Counted from the stretch's first letter, positions 1 to 8,610 are shown. The stretch is DNA of 26,823 nt from a virus (IMGVR_UViG_3300037478_000552:1-26823), one strand, 5' to 3'. A program made the numbers and translations. Notes: generated from the sequence alone by a model not told the origin.

Positions 1-70
1 ATCAGCCAGATATATTTGTAGGCGCAACTTTCCGGGGCGCCGTCCAACTGCTCCTGTTCGGATAGGCGGC

Positions 71-355
71 ATGGCCGTGGCTCGTGCTGGCAAGCGACCG
101 ATCACCAACGCGAAGGCCATCGAGCTGACTCTGGCTGAGCTTGAGCGCATGGGTCGGCTAGAGGCGGTCGACGCCGCTCAGGTGCAAGTGGTGCGGTCGC
201 TCGCGACAGCGCTGGACGATGACCCGTCGAATGCGGCGCTGTGGCGGCAGTACCGCGAGGCGTTGGGGGAGCTGAGTGCCGATGACGCTCACAGCTCTGT
301 CGATGACGCGATCGCGGATCTGTACTCCGAGGTGGGCGACCCGCCGACGGTCTGA
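71..355 (+). CDS. Terminase small subunit (putative)
   Basis: 94-aa helical protein (LATALDDDPSNAALWRQYREAL) immediately upstream of and overlapping the large terminase; typical actinophage position. Confidence 0.7.
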   Translation: MAVARAGKRPITNAKAIELTLAELERMGRLEAVDAAQVQVVRSLATALDDDPSNAALWRQYREALGELSADDAHSSVDDAIADLYSEVGDPPTV

Positions 356-1814
356 GCGTCCGACGTTCGGCGGCGAGTTGGCGTCGATCGCCGAGGGTTT
401 GGGTCAGCCGTTCATGCCGTGGCAGCGCCTAGCGGCCGAGGTGGGCGGGGAGTACGACCCGGACACGGGCATCCCGTACTACCGCGAGGTCGTGATCACG
501 GTCCCACGGCAGTCCGGGAAGACAACCCTCTATCTCACCTGGCAGATCAACCGGTGTACGTCGCCGCGGTGGCGCCAGCCTCAACGCTCGGCGTTCACCG
601 CCCAATCGGGCAAGGACGCGCGGGACAAGTGGCTCGATGAGCTGTACCCGCTGATCCGCCGCTCGCGCAAGGTCATGCCGTTGGTGTCACGGATGAATGA
701 GGGGATGGGCAACGAGTCCATCCGGTTCCGTAACGGCTCGCTGATCCGACTGCTGTCCACGTCGTCGAGTTCGGGGCACTCGAAGACGCTTCATCAGGCG
801 GTGCTGGATGAGATCTGGCACGATGCGGACTCCCGCCGTGAGCAGGGACTACGCCCGGCGATGATCACCGTGCCCGACGCCCAGCTGTTGGTGTGCTCGA
901 CGGCCGGCACCGAGATGTCCTTCGTGTTGAACCACAAGGTGGCGGTGGGGCGTCTCGCGGCCGAGGCGGACATCGGTCACGGCGTGGCCTACATCGAGTA
1001 TTCGGCGCCGGACGACTGGGACCCGGGCGATGAGGAGTCGTACTACGGGTTCATGCCGGCGCTGTGCCCGGACCCGCCGTGTCACTGCGGTGGGGGCAGG
1101 TGGCGGCACACGGTGACCTTGGATGCGGTCCGCGCCGAGCGCCAGGCGATGGAGGCCCCCGACTTCGCCCGTGCCTACGGCAACATCAGCCACACACCGC
1201 GGATGAACCAGTGGCAGGTGATTCCTGAGGCCCGGTGGCTGTCCCGCCGCAAGCCCGGCGCCCGCACGGGCGGCCTGGTGGCGTTGGCCGCCGATGTGAC
1301 GCCGGACCGGACGTGGTCGGCGATCGCGGCGGCGGGTGTGCGCGTCGACGGCGAGGGCCGGGTGGTGGAGGTGACCGCTGATCCGGGCAAGTCGCATCCG
1401 GGCGATCGGATCGACCACCGGCCGGGCACGTCGTGGGTGATCCCGCGGCTGAAGGAGCTGCAGGAGCGGGTGGCGCCGTGCGTGGTGGTGACGTCGGACC
1501 GGGCTTTGGCCGACGCGGCCGAGGAGTCGGATCTGAAGGTGATCCTGGCCAACGCCGGCAACATGGCCAGCTCGGCGTCAATGCTCTTCGATGGGTTCGC
1601 GGGCACGTCGCCGGACGTGTGGCACCTGGACCAGCCGGAGCTGACCGATGCCGTCGCCGGCGCGACCAAGCGCACCCTGGGCGACGGGTGGGCGTGGGAC
1701 CGCCGGTCGGTGTCGGTGGACATCTCGCCGCTGGTGGCGTGTTCGCTGGCGCTGTGGGGCCTGGCCACCCCGCGTATTCACACTTCCCGGCTGGTGCCGT
1801 TCGCGCTGACGTGA
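282..1814 (+). CDS. terL: Terminase large subunit
   Basis: Adenine-binding MPWQ, Walker A VPRQSGKT, Walker B AVLDEIW, coupling motif CSTAG, nuclease-region ALAADV and DISPLVA. Start uncertain (GTG 276, ATG 282 or ATG 303). Confidence 0.95.
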   Translation: MTLTALSMTRSRICTPRWATRRRSERPTFGGELASIAEGLGQPFMPWQRLAAEVGGEYDPDTGIPYYREVVITVPRQSGKTTLYLTWQINRCTSPRWRQPQRSAFTAQSGKDARDKWLDELYPLIRRSRKVMPLVSRMNEGMGNESIRFRNGSLIRLLSTSSSSGHSKTLHQAVLDEIWHDADSRREQGLRPAMITVPDAQLLVCSTAGTEMSFVLNHKVAVGRLAAEADIGHGVAYIEYSAPDDWDPGDEESYYGFMPALCPDPPCHCGGGRWRHTVTLDAVRAERQAMEAPDFARAYGNISHTPRMNQWQVIPEARWLSRRKPGARTGGLVALAADVTPDRTWSAIAAAGVRVDGEGRVVEVTADPGKSHPGDRIDHRPGTSWVIPRLKELQERVAPCVVVTSDRALADAAEESDLKVILANAGNMASSASMLFDGFAGTSPDVWHLDQPELTDAVAGATKRTLGDGWAWDRRSVSVDISPLVACSLALWGLATPRIHTSRLVPFALT

Positions 1815-1827
1815 GGAGCTGGTGGTG

Positions 1828-3210
1828 GTGAGCTGGTGGCGACGGATGCTCGGCCTGCGACCGGCGGCCGAGCGGCGCGACAACGTCCTGTCCATGGGTG
1901 ACTTCTCGGACCTGTTCCGGTTCAACGGTCTGGCGTACCCATTCCTGAACACGACGATGGGCACTCTCGACGAGGAGACCATCGGCTCCACATTGAACCA
2001 GGTCGCCAAGACTAACGGGATCGTGTTCGCGTTGATGCTGGCGCGGCTGCAGGTGTTCAGTCAGGCCCGTTTTCAGTGGACGCGTTACGAGCGCGGTGCG
2101 CCGGCGGACCTGTTCGGTTCGGAGGATTTGGCGGTGCTGGAGCGGCCGTGGGCGGGCGGGACGACAGCGGACCTGCTGGCACGCAACGAGGTGGACGTCA
2201 CCACCGCCGGCAACTCGTATGTGCGCCGTATCCGCCGCGACGGCCGTAGCCGACTGGTGCTGTTGCGACCGCAGTGGATGCACATCGTGATGGGCTCGGA
2301 CACCGACGAGGACCATCCGACCGAGGCGGCGGACGTTGAGCTGCTCGGCTACGTCTACCGGCCGCCGTCGGGGCCGATAGAGTCGTTCCTGCCGGAGGAG
2401 ATTGCCCACTACGCGCCCTATCCCGACCCGGACGCGGTGTTCCTGGGCATGTCGTGGTTGACGGCTGCGATTCGGGATGTTTCGGGTGACAACCTGATGA
2501 CCGAACATAAGCGGGCGTTTTTGCGCAATGCGGCCACGCCCAACATCATCATCAAGTTTGATCCTCAGATCACACTGAAGGCAGCGAAGGAGTTCAAGGA
2601 GTTCTTCGAGGCCTCCCACCAGGGGGCGTTCAACGCGTACAAGACCGCCTACATCGGCGGCGGCGCGGACGCTCAGGTGGTCGGCAAGGACTTCCAGCAG
2701 TTGGAGTTTTCGGCCACCCAGGGCAAAGCCGAGTCGCGGCTCGCCTCGGCGGCAGGGGTCCCCCCGTCGTGGGTGGGCTTTTCTGAAGGCCTGCAGGGCA
2801 GCGCGCTCAACGCCGGTAACTTCACCGCGGCCCAGCGGCGGTTTGGTGCCGGCACCATGCACCACCTGTGGATGAACGTGTCCGCGTCGCTGGAGACCAT
2901 CGTCCGCCCGCCGGATGCCGGCGCTCATCTGTGGTTTGCGACGAAGGCAATCCCGTTCCTGCAGATGGATGCTACGGACGCGGCCGAGGTGCAGCGCCAG
3001 GAGGCGCAGACGATCACGGCGTTGGTGCGTGAGGGCTTCACCGCCGACAGTGTGATCGCCGCGGTGCAGAACCAGGACTGGGGGCTGCTGCAGCACTCCG
3101 GCCGCGTGAGCGTGCAACTGCATGAGCCGGGTGAGGACGGCGTCCCGACGCCGAACGGTAACGGAGACCAGGAAGGCGCCCGCGCGGCGCTGCTTGGAGG
3201 CATGAGATGA
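1828..3210 (+). CDS. Phage portal protein (HK97-like)
   Basis: Follows terL with RBS GAGGAG at 1813-1818; portal-like segments GNSYV, EEIAHY, GMSWL, FLRNAATP, AAGVPPSWVG. Start is one of GTG 1822, 1825 or 1828. Confidence 0.93.
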   Translation: MSWWRRMLGLRPAAERRDNVLSMGDFSDLFRFNGLAYPFLNTTMGTLDEETIGSTLNQVAKTNGIVFALMLARLQVFSQARFQWTRYERGAPADLFGSEDLAVLERPWAGGTTADLLARNEVDVTTAGNSYVRRIRRDGRSRLVLLRPQWMHIVMGSDTDEDHPTEAADVELLGYVYRPPSGPIESFLPEEIAHYAPYPDPDAVFLGMSWLTAAIRDVSGDNLMTEHKRAFLRNAATPNIIIKFDPQITLKAAKEFKEFFEASHQGAFNAYKTAYIGGGADAQVVGKDFQQLEFSATQGKAESRLASAAGVPPSWVGFSEGLQGSALNAGNFTAAQRRFGAGTMHHLWMNVSASLETIVRPPDAGAHLWFATKAIPFLQMDATDAAEVQRQEAQTITALVREGFTADSVIAAVQNQDWGLLQHSGRVSVQLHEPGEDGVPTPNGNGDQEGARAALLGGMR

Positions 3211-4157
3211 CCACGGTGACGGAGGTCGATCCGCGGCAGGTCCTGCGGTCGCAGGTTCGGCTGGGGACCTTCGAGTTCCGCGCGGCTGACACCCCGGAGG
3301 GTGAGCCGGGTGACGGTCGGACGCTGGAGGGCTACGCCGCGGTGTTCGACCAGCCGACGGTGATCGAGTCGTACGCGGGCGACTTCGAGGAGGTCGTCAA
3401 GCGTGGCGCGTTCCGCAAGACGTTGCGCGAGCGGTCACCGGTGATGCAGTTCGACCACGGCAACGACAAGCGGACCGGGTCCACCCCGATCGGGTCGATC
3501 GAGGATCTTCACGAGGACGCCGACGGGTTGTTCGTGCGCGCCCGGATGTTCGACAACGATCTTGTCGAGCCGATCCGTCAGGCCATCGAGGGCCGGGCCA
3601 TCCGTGGGATGTCGTTCAAGTTCCGTGTGTTGCAGGACCGCTGGATCGACGCCGACGGCAAGCGGATCAAAGACGACGACCTGGCGGGACTGCTCGACGA
3701 TCCGGGCGACCGCGGTCCGATCCGCCGCGAGATCACCGAGGTCCAGCTCTTCGAGCTTGGCCCGGTGGTGTTCCCGGCGTACGACCAGACCAGTGTGGGT
3801 GTGCGCGCCGGCAGTGCGTTCCGCCGCAACGAGGTGGCGCTGCGGGGCGTGATCGCACAGTTCGGCCTTGACGCCCGGTGCATCCGCCGCCATCTGGCCA
3901 TCTTCGACCCGCAGGCGCGCCGCGCGCTGGCCGAGGAGATCGCCGAGACCTTCCCCGAGCTGGCCACGGTGCTGGCCGCTCGCGCCGCTGAGCCGGCAAC
4001 CGATGACGTGCCGCCCGCCGATGGCGGCGACGAGACCACTCCTGAGCCGGAACCGACCACTCAGGATGACGCGAAAGACCCCGAGCCGGCGAAGCGCCAC
4101 TCGGACTACCTCACGGAGGCCACCGGCTGGTACCTCCCCTCACCAAACATTAACTAG
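3207..4157 (+). CDS. HK97-family prohead (capsid maturation) protease
   Basis: LEGYAAVFD, GAF, FDH (catalytic His), GMSFKF (catalytic Ser), LFELGPVVFPAY; ATGA overlap with portal; acidic Pro/Thr-rich C-terminal extension. Confidence 0.93.
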   Translation: MTTVTEVDPRQVLRSQVRLGTFEFRAADTPEGEPGDGRTLEGYAAVFDQPTVIESYAGDFEEVVKRGAFRKTLRERSPVMQFDHGNDKRTGSTPIGSIEDLHEDADGLFVRARMFDNDLVEPIRQAIEGRAIRGMSFKFRVLQDRWIDADGKRIKDDDLAGLLDDPGDRGPIRREITEVQLFELGPVVFPAYDQTSVGVRAGSAFRRNEVALRGVIAQFGLDARCIRRHLAIFDPQARRALAEEIAETFPELATVLAARAAEPATDDVPPADGGDETTPEPEPTTQDDAKDPEPAKRHSDYLTEATGWYLPSPNIN

Positions 4158-4177
4158 ATGTGAGGAGGCAGTCTCCG

Positions 4178-5635
4178 ATGGGTGACAAGCCGACAACGAT
4201 TGAAGAGCGTGACCTGCGCGTCAAGGAGATCGATGAGCGACTCGCGCAGATCGATGAGGAGTACGCCAACGTCCTGATGCCCGACCATGTCCGCGAGGAG
4301 TGGAACGTGCTCAACTCCGAGCGCGACGAGCATGCGGCGACGGTGGCGGAGTTGCGGCGCCGGCATGAGCGGCTGCAGTCGCTGGCCGGCAACAGCCGGG
4401 CGTCGGAGGTGGCCAACACGGCCGTCCCGTCGTTCGTGCGCCACCGCGGCGAGGAGATATACGACATGGCGGGTGCGCGGTTCGCCGCGCATTCCGAGGA
4501 GGACTTCCGCGAGCGGCTGCACGAGAACGCCCGCCGGGCTATCGACCGGGCGGCTTTCCCGGCCGGTCGGGTCAAGCGGGAGGCCGCGCAGGAGCGGGCG
4601 CTGGAGCTGCTGGAGACCCTCGACGACGACAGCGGGACTCTGGCGCGGCGGATCCTGCAGACCGGATCGCCGGTGTATCAGCGGGCGTTCGGCAAGGCTG
4701 TGGCGGCGCTGTCGACCAACGGCCTGACCAACGAGGAGCAGCGGGCGCTGTCGATCCAGTCTGATCCTGCGGGTGGATTCGCCGTACCGTTCGATCTTGA
4801 TCCGTCGCTGATCTTGTCAAGTGACGGATCGAGCAACCCGCTGCGGCAGATCTCCCGGGTCGAGATGACCGTGGGCAAGGAGTGGCAGGGTCTGACCTCT
4901 GAGGGCATCACGGTGTCGCGTGTTCCGGAGGTCCAGGAGGCCACGGACGCCAACCCGGTGTTCGTGCAGCCGGTGGTGCGCCCGTCCGCGGTGCACGCGT
5001 TCATCCCGTTCTCGATGGACCTGGATATGGACTGGTCGCAGATGCGTACCCAGCTCACCAGGATCATCCAGGACGGTAAGGACAACGAGGAGGCAGACTC
5101 GTTCGTCAACGGCGACGGGTCTCTGATCTCGGGTGGCGGTCACACGCCGGACGGGATCGCCGCGGGCCTCGCTTCGGCGTCTGAGGTTCCCGGCGGGGCG
5201 AGCTTCACCAGCCAGGACCTGTACGACATGGAGGCCGGCGACAACGGGCTGGGCGAGCGGTTCCTGGCCCGCGCGTCGTGGTTGGCGAACAGGTCGATCT
5301 ACAACCTGATCCGGCAGCTCGACAGCGCCGGCGGGGCGGACCTGTGGGTGCAGCTGCAGGCCGGTCAGCCGCCGGAGCTGATCGGCTACCCGACGTTCCG
5401 GGCGAGCGCGATGCCGAAGACCGCCACTGGCCGCTACCTGATCCTGGGCGATTTCTCCCAGTATCTGATTGTGGACCGCGTCGGCATGTCTGTTGACGTT
5501 GCTCAGCTCCTCTTCGGTGGGTCGGGTGCGACCCACTTCCCGACCGGGCAGCGCGGCATCTACGCGCGGTGGCGGAACTCGACCAAGATCCTGGTCGACA
5601 ACGCGTTCCGGGTGCTGACCGACAACGAGTCCTGA
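4178..5635 (+). CDS. Major capsid protein (HK97 fold) with N-terminal delta/scaffold domain
   Basis: RBS GAGGAGG before ATG 4178; coiled-coil N-terminus; probable maturation site EEQR/ALS followed by GGFAVP; NPLRQ, FVNGDG, LIGYP, LGDFSQYLIVDRVG. Confidence 0.95.
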   Translation: MGDKPTTIEERDLRVKEIDERLAQIDEEYANVLMPDHVREEWNVLNSERDEHAATVAELRRRHERLQSLAGNSRASEVANTAVPSFVRHRGEEIYDMAGARFAAHSEEDFRERLHENARRAIDRAAFPAGRVKREAAQERALELLETLDDDSGTLARRILQTGSPVYQRAFGKAVAALSTNGLTNEEQRALSIQSDPAGGFAVPFDLDPSLILSSDGSSNPLRQISRVEMTVGKEWQGLTSEGITVSRVPEVQEATDANPVFVQPVVRPSAVHAFIPFSMDLDMDWSQMRTQLTRIIQDGKDNEEADSFVNGDGSLISGGGHTPDGIAAGLASASEVPGGASFTSQDLYDMEAGDNGLGERFLARASWLANRSIYNLIRQLDSAGGADLWVQLQAGQPPELIGYPTFRASAMPKTATGRYLILGDFSQYLIVDRVGMSVDVAQLLFGGSGATHFPTGQRGIYARWRNSTKILVDNAFRVLTDNES

Positions 5636-5651
5636 CCGCTTCTCTGGTGCG

Positions 5652-5688
5652 GGTGCCGGCCGATGTTGTGGTGGCGTCGGTCGGCACC
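5652..5688 (+). terminator. Post-capsid stem-loop (terminator, attenuator or mRNA stabiliser)
   Basis: GGTGCCGGCCGATGTT pairs with GGCGTCGGTCGGCACC (16 bp including G-U) around a GTGGT loop, just after the capsid stop; no U-tract. Confidence 0.55.
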
Positions 5689-5713
5689 TCCACCACCCAC
5701 CGAAGGAGTCTCA

Positions 5714-6076
5714 GTGAGCAAGCTTTATGTGGCCCGACAGTCCGGCAGCGTGATGCTGGCCGGGCCGGACGGGCGACCGCGCCGGTCGCCGATCCGCCGC
5801 GGCGTGACGGTGGCGGAGGAGGGCAGCGTGATGATGGCCAAGCACGGCAAGCTGTTCGAGCCGCTGCGGGTTCACCATCCGGCGCCGGCCGGGCGGGGCA
5901 GCAGGGCGCCGGTGGAACAGGCCACGGCCGCGCCGGGCGAACTGCGTGAGGTGGCGACCCCGGTCGCCGAGACTCACGCCTGCGACCATCCCAGCTGCGA
6001 CGCGACCGCGAAGAGCCCGGCGGGGCTGGCGTCGCACAAGCGGCGCGCGCACCCTCCGGCGGCGGCCGAGGAGTGA
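5714..6076 (+). CDS. Small post-capsid protein with VEQATAAPGE motif and C-terminal C2H2 zinc-finger-like motif
   Basis: RBS GAAGGAG before GTG 5714; C-x4-C-x12-H-x4-H at 5981-6052; GTGA overlap with next gene. Confidence 0.75.
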   Translation: MSKLYVARQSGSVMLAGPDGRPRRSPIRRGVTVAEEGSVMMAKHGKLFEPLRVHHPAPAGRGSRAPVEQATAAPGELREVATPVAETHACDHPSCDATAKSPAGLASHKRRAHPPAAAEE

Positions 6077-6705
6077 GCGGCTGGGCTGAGCTGTCACGCA
6101 CGATCGCCGCCATCCGCACGCGGGCGCCGCACCGTCCGGCGCACATACAGACGTTCGTGGACGCGGTGCTTGCCGACCCGGTGCCGGGCGCGATCGTGGA
6201 GTGCGGCGCCTTCCAAGGCGTGAGTGCGGCGAAGCTGTCGCATCTGGCCGCCGCGCTCGGCCGGGAGCTGTGGGTGTGCGACAGCTTCGCGGGCCTGCCG
6301 GAGAACACCGAGCAGCACGCGGTGTCACGGACCGGACGTAGCCTGCGCGGCGTCTTTGTCGCGGGCGCTTTCGCTGGATCGCTGGCCGAGGTCAAGGCGA
6401 CGGTGGCCGACCACGGTGTGCCCGAGGTGGTGCGCTATGTCGAGGGCTGGTTCGCCGACACGCTGCCGACCCTGACCGGGCTGGTCGCCGCGGCGTACCT
6501 GGACGTGGACCTGGCCGCCTCGGCACGCACGTGCCTGGATCACCTGTGGCCGATCCTGTCGCCGGGAGGGGTGATCGTGTCCCAGGACGGGGACTTCCCG
6601 CTGACCATCGAGGCGATGAGGGCGTGGGCTCAGACCGCCGACCCGCCGCCGCAGGTGGTCGGGCTGGGCACCTCCAAGATGGTCACGTTCCGGCGGCCGC
6701 GGTGA
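6073..6705 (+). CDS. TylF/MycF/NovP-family SAM-dependent sugar O-methyltransferase
   Basis: VPGAIVECGAFQG, LWVCDSFAGLP, VEGWFADTLP, YLDVDL and LSPGGVIV match family motifs; the usual DDY appears as QDG. Confidence 0.88.
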   Translation: MSGWAELSRTIAAIRTRAPHRPAHIQTFVDAVLADPVPGAIVECGAFQGVSAAKLSHLAAALGRELWVCDSFAGLPENTEQHAVSRTGRSLRGVFVAGAFAGSLAEVKATVADHGVPEVVRYVEGWFADTLPTLTGLVAAAYLDVDLAASARTCLDHLWPILSPGGVIVSQDGDFPLTIEAMRAWAQTADPPPQVVGLGTSKMVTFRRPR

Positions 6706-7220
6706 ACCCGGCCAGACTGCGGGTCCGCACCTGGCGGCGCGTGGCCGGCCTGCTGGCGACCGCCGGGGTGCGCTACTGGCTGTCGAACGGGACCGCGCTC
6801 GGTGCCGTTCGCGATGGCGACTTCATCGCCAGCGACGCCGACATTGATCTCGGGATCTGGCCGGACGACCAGCAGCGGATGCTGGACGCTTTCGCCCGGC
6901 GCGGCTACCTGCCGCGCAAGATCCGCCCGACGCATGTGTTCGTCGCGGCGCCGGTGACCATCGACATCAAGGTGCACACCTACTGCGACGACGGCGCCCG
7001 CGTCTACTACAAGATCGGCAAGCGGCAGCGCATCCGTTACGAGTTTGATGCGCACCTGTTCGAGGATCTGCGCCCGATCGAGCTTCACGGGATCCGTACG
7101 CTGGTTCCCTCGCCGCCCGAGGAGTACTTGGCGGCCCATTACGGTCCGGACTGGCGTACGCCGCGCGACGGCTGGAACTGGCGGACGGACCCGGCGTGCA
7201 TAGTGCCATCCCGCGGCTGA
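6702..7220 (+). CDS. LicD/fukutin-family nucleotidyltransferase-fold phosphotransferase
   Basis: YWLSNGTALGAVRDGDFIASDADIDLGI and C-terminal PSPPEEYLAAHYGPDWRTP; GTG start overlaps the previous stop (GTGA), so the 6531 start in the ORF track is probably too long. Confidence 0.88.
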   Translation: MNPARLRVRTWRRVAGLLATAGVRYWLSNGTALGAVRDGDFIASDADIDLGIWPDDQQRMLDAFARRGYLPRKIRPTHVFVAAPVTIDIKVHTYCDDGARVYYKIGKRQRIRYEFDAHLFEDLRPIELHGIRTLVPSPPEEYLAAHYGPDWRTPRDGWNWRTDPACIVPSRG

Positions 7221-7828
7221 TCCACGTCATCTGGATAGGTAAGGCCCAGTTTCCGTATCGGCGCTACCTGGACTCCTGGTCTGAGCACAACCCGGGCTGG
7301 CGGGTGCGGCTGTGGACCGACGCCGACCGGCCGGAGCTGGCCAACGAGGGCGTGTACCGGCGGCTGCATGTGTCGGCTCTGCGCGCCGACGTGCTGCGCC
7401 TGGAGCTGTTGGCGCGGCTTGGCGGGCTCTACAGCGACGCGGACAGTGAGTGCCTGGGGCCGGTTGGCGCACTGGTGGACGCGGCGGCAGTGGGCATGAC
7501 CGGGCGCGGCGGCCGGGTGTGTGTGGCCACGCTCGGCTGCGTACCGGAGTATCCGCCGGTGCAGGCGTTGGTCGAGGGTGTTGCGCCGCGGTATGACGCG
7601 CTGCGTGAGCATCGGCGAAACGGGCGCCGCGGATGGTCGGTACATGCGATCTTCGGCACTCGCTATGTGTCGCCGCCGCTGCTGTCCGATCCGGGCTTTC
7701 GGCTGTTGCCCGAGGAGCTGGTGACCGAGCGCCGGCACGCTGGCGCCCGCGCGGTGATCGTGCATGATCACGCGGAGAGCTGGCGGTCGGGAACGGTGCG
7801 CGGCGGACGGAGAGTGAGGCTGCGGTGA
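7196..7828 (+). CDS. Glycosyltransferase, GT32/OCH1-like (DXD)
   Basis: IPRLIHVIWIG, SWSEHNPGWRVRLWTD, RADVLRLELLARLGGLYSDAD. Confidence 0.9.
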   Translation: MHSAIPRLIHVIWIGKAQFPYRRYLDSWSEHNPGWRVRLWTDADRPELANEGVYRRLHVSALRADVLRLELLARLGGLYSDADSECLGPVGALVDAAAVGMTGRGGRVCVATLGCVPEYPPVQALVEGVAPRYDALREHRRNGRRGWSVHAIFGTRYVSPPLLSDPGFRLLPEELVTERRHAGARAVIVHDHAESWRSGTVRGGRRVRLR

Positions 7829-7858
7829 TTGTGCTGTGCGCCAACTCGACGGTAGAAT
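7829..7858 (+). promoter_or_regulatory. Sigma-70/HrdB-like promoter for the HNH gene
   Basis: TTGTGC (7829-7834), 18-nt spacer, TAGAAT (7853-7858), starting immediately after the GT32 stop. Confidence 0.6.
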
Positions 7859-7865
7859 GAAGCGA

Positions 7866-7930
7866 GGCCGCACGGTGCGGAAACACCGGACGGCCCCTGA
7901 CCCGCCTATCCGACTGCACCGGAAGGGGGC
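7866..7930 (+). promoter_or_regulatory. Structured 5' leader of the HNH gene (two hairpins, the second overlapping the RBS)
   Basis: GGCCG-CA-CGGTG-[CGGAAA]-CACCG-GA-CGGCC at 7866-7895; TCCG (7909-7912) pairs with CGGA (7920-7923), overlapping the purine-rich GGAAGGGGG. Confidence 0.5.
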
Positions 7931-7935
7931 TAGCC

Positions 7936-8610
7936 GTGAAGGCTACCCGACCCTGCTCTGTCGATGGATGCGACCGGCTGGCGTGTACGCGTGGCTGGTG
8001 TCAGACCCACTACAAGCGCTGGCTAAAGCGCGGGGATCCCGGTCAGGCACAGATAGCCATTCAGCGTCGGGTCGACGACCCGTACCACAAGTTCATCCTC
8101 AGCGTTGACTCTTCGGCGGGTCCTGACGTTTGCCACCCATGGACCGGGGCCAGGTTCAAAGGCTCGGGCTATGGAATCTTCAATGTTCGCCGCAAGACCA
8201 TAGGGGCGCATCGTTGGCTACTGGGTTATCTGCGTGGTGGTCAGTTGCGTCGCAACGAGTTTGCGTGTCATCACTGCGACAACCCACCTTGCGTTAATCC
8301 TCGACACCTGTACGTGGGTAGTGCCTTATCAAACATGCAGGACAAGATGAGCCGGGGCCGGTTCCGGAACGGCAAGGAGTCGGCGACCCACTGTCGGCGC
8401 GGACATGAGTACACCCCCAGCAATACACGTCTGAGCCGGACTGCCAAGGGCGCCCCATACCGGCGCTGTAGGGCCTGCGAGAAGGCTCGTCGAAGGGATG
8501 GGCGAACCGGTGCCGATGCACTTCTGTCTCAACGACACCTCAACGCAGGAGGATGGATCGCTGATTCAGGGTGGCCAACTGGACCGTTATCTGAGGCCGA
8601 TTTGGCGTGA
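7936..8610 (+). CDS. Free-standing HNH homing endonuclease
   Basis: N-terminal CSVDGC...GWCQTHY; CHPWTG, GYG, AHR; CHHCDNPPCVNPRHL..G....N..D core; THCRRGHEY...N and CRAC modules; more A/T-rich codon usage than neighbours. Confidence 0.9.
   Translation: MKATRPCSVDGCDRLACTRGWCQTHYKRWLKRGDPGQAQIAIQRRVDDPYHKFILSVDSSAGPDVCHPWTGARFKGSGYGIFNVRRKTIGAHRWLLGYLRGGQLRRNEFACHHCDNPPCVNPRHLYVGSALSNMQDKMSRGRFRNGKESATHCRRGHEYTPSNTRLSRTAKGAPYRRCRACEKARRRDGRTGADALLSQRHLNAGGWIADSGWPTGPLSEADLA

Noticed and set aside
1-70. AT-rich patch (AGATATATTTGTA) upstream of the small terminase as a cos/pac site or promoter
   Set aside because: The position is suggestive, but the window edge removes context and no diagnostic repeat or consensus is visible.
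1186-3123. 645-aa minus-strand ORF
   Set aside because: Antisense shadow of terL and portal in high-GC DNA; Arg/Pro/Ala-rich with no motifs.
6531-6701. N-terminal extension of the LicD-like ORF
   Set aside because: Lies inside the methyltransferase gene; the GTGA-coupled start at 6702 is more plausible.
7836-8108. 90-aa + strand ORF across the HNH leader
   Set aside because: Overlaps the promoter, hairpins and HNH in another frame; no RBS or motif.
7829-8510. Group I intron or known ribozyme around the HNH
   Set aside because: Only about 105 nt are non-coding; no P7 or hammerhead (CUGANGA...GAAA in order) core found; flanking genes appear complete without splicing.
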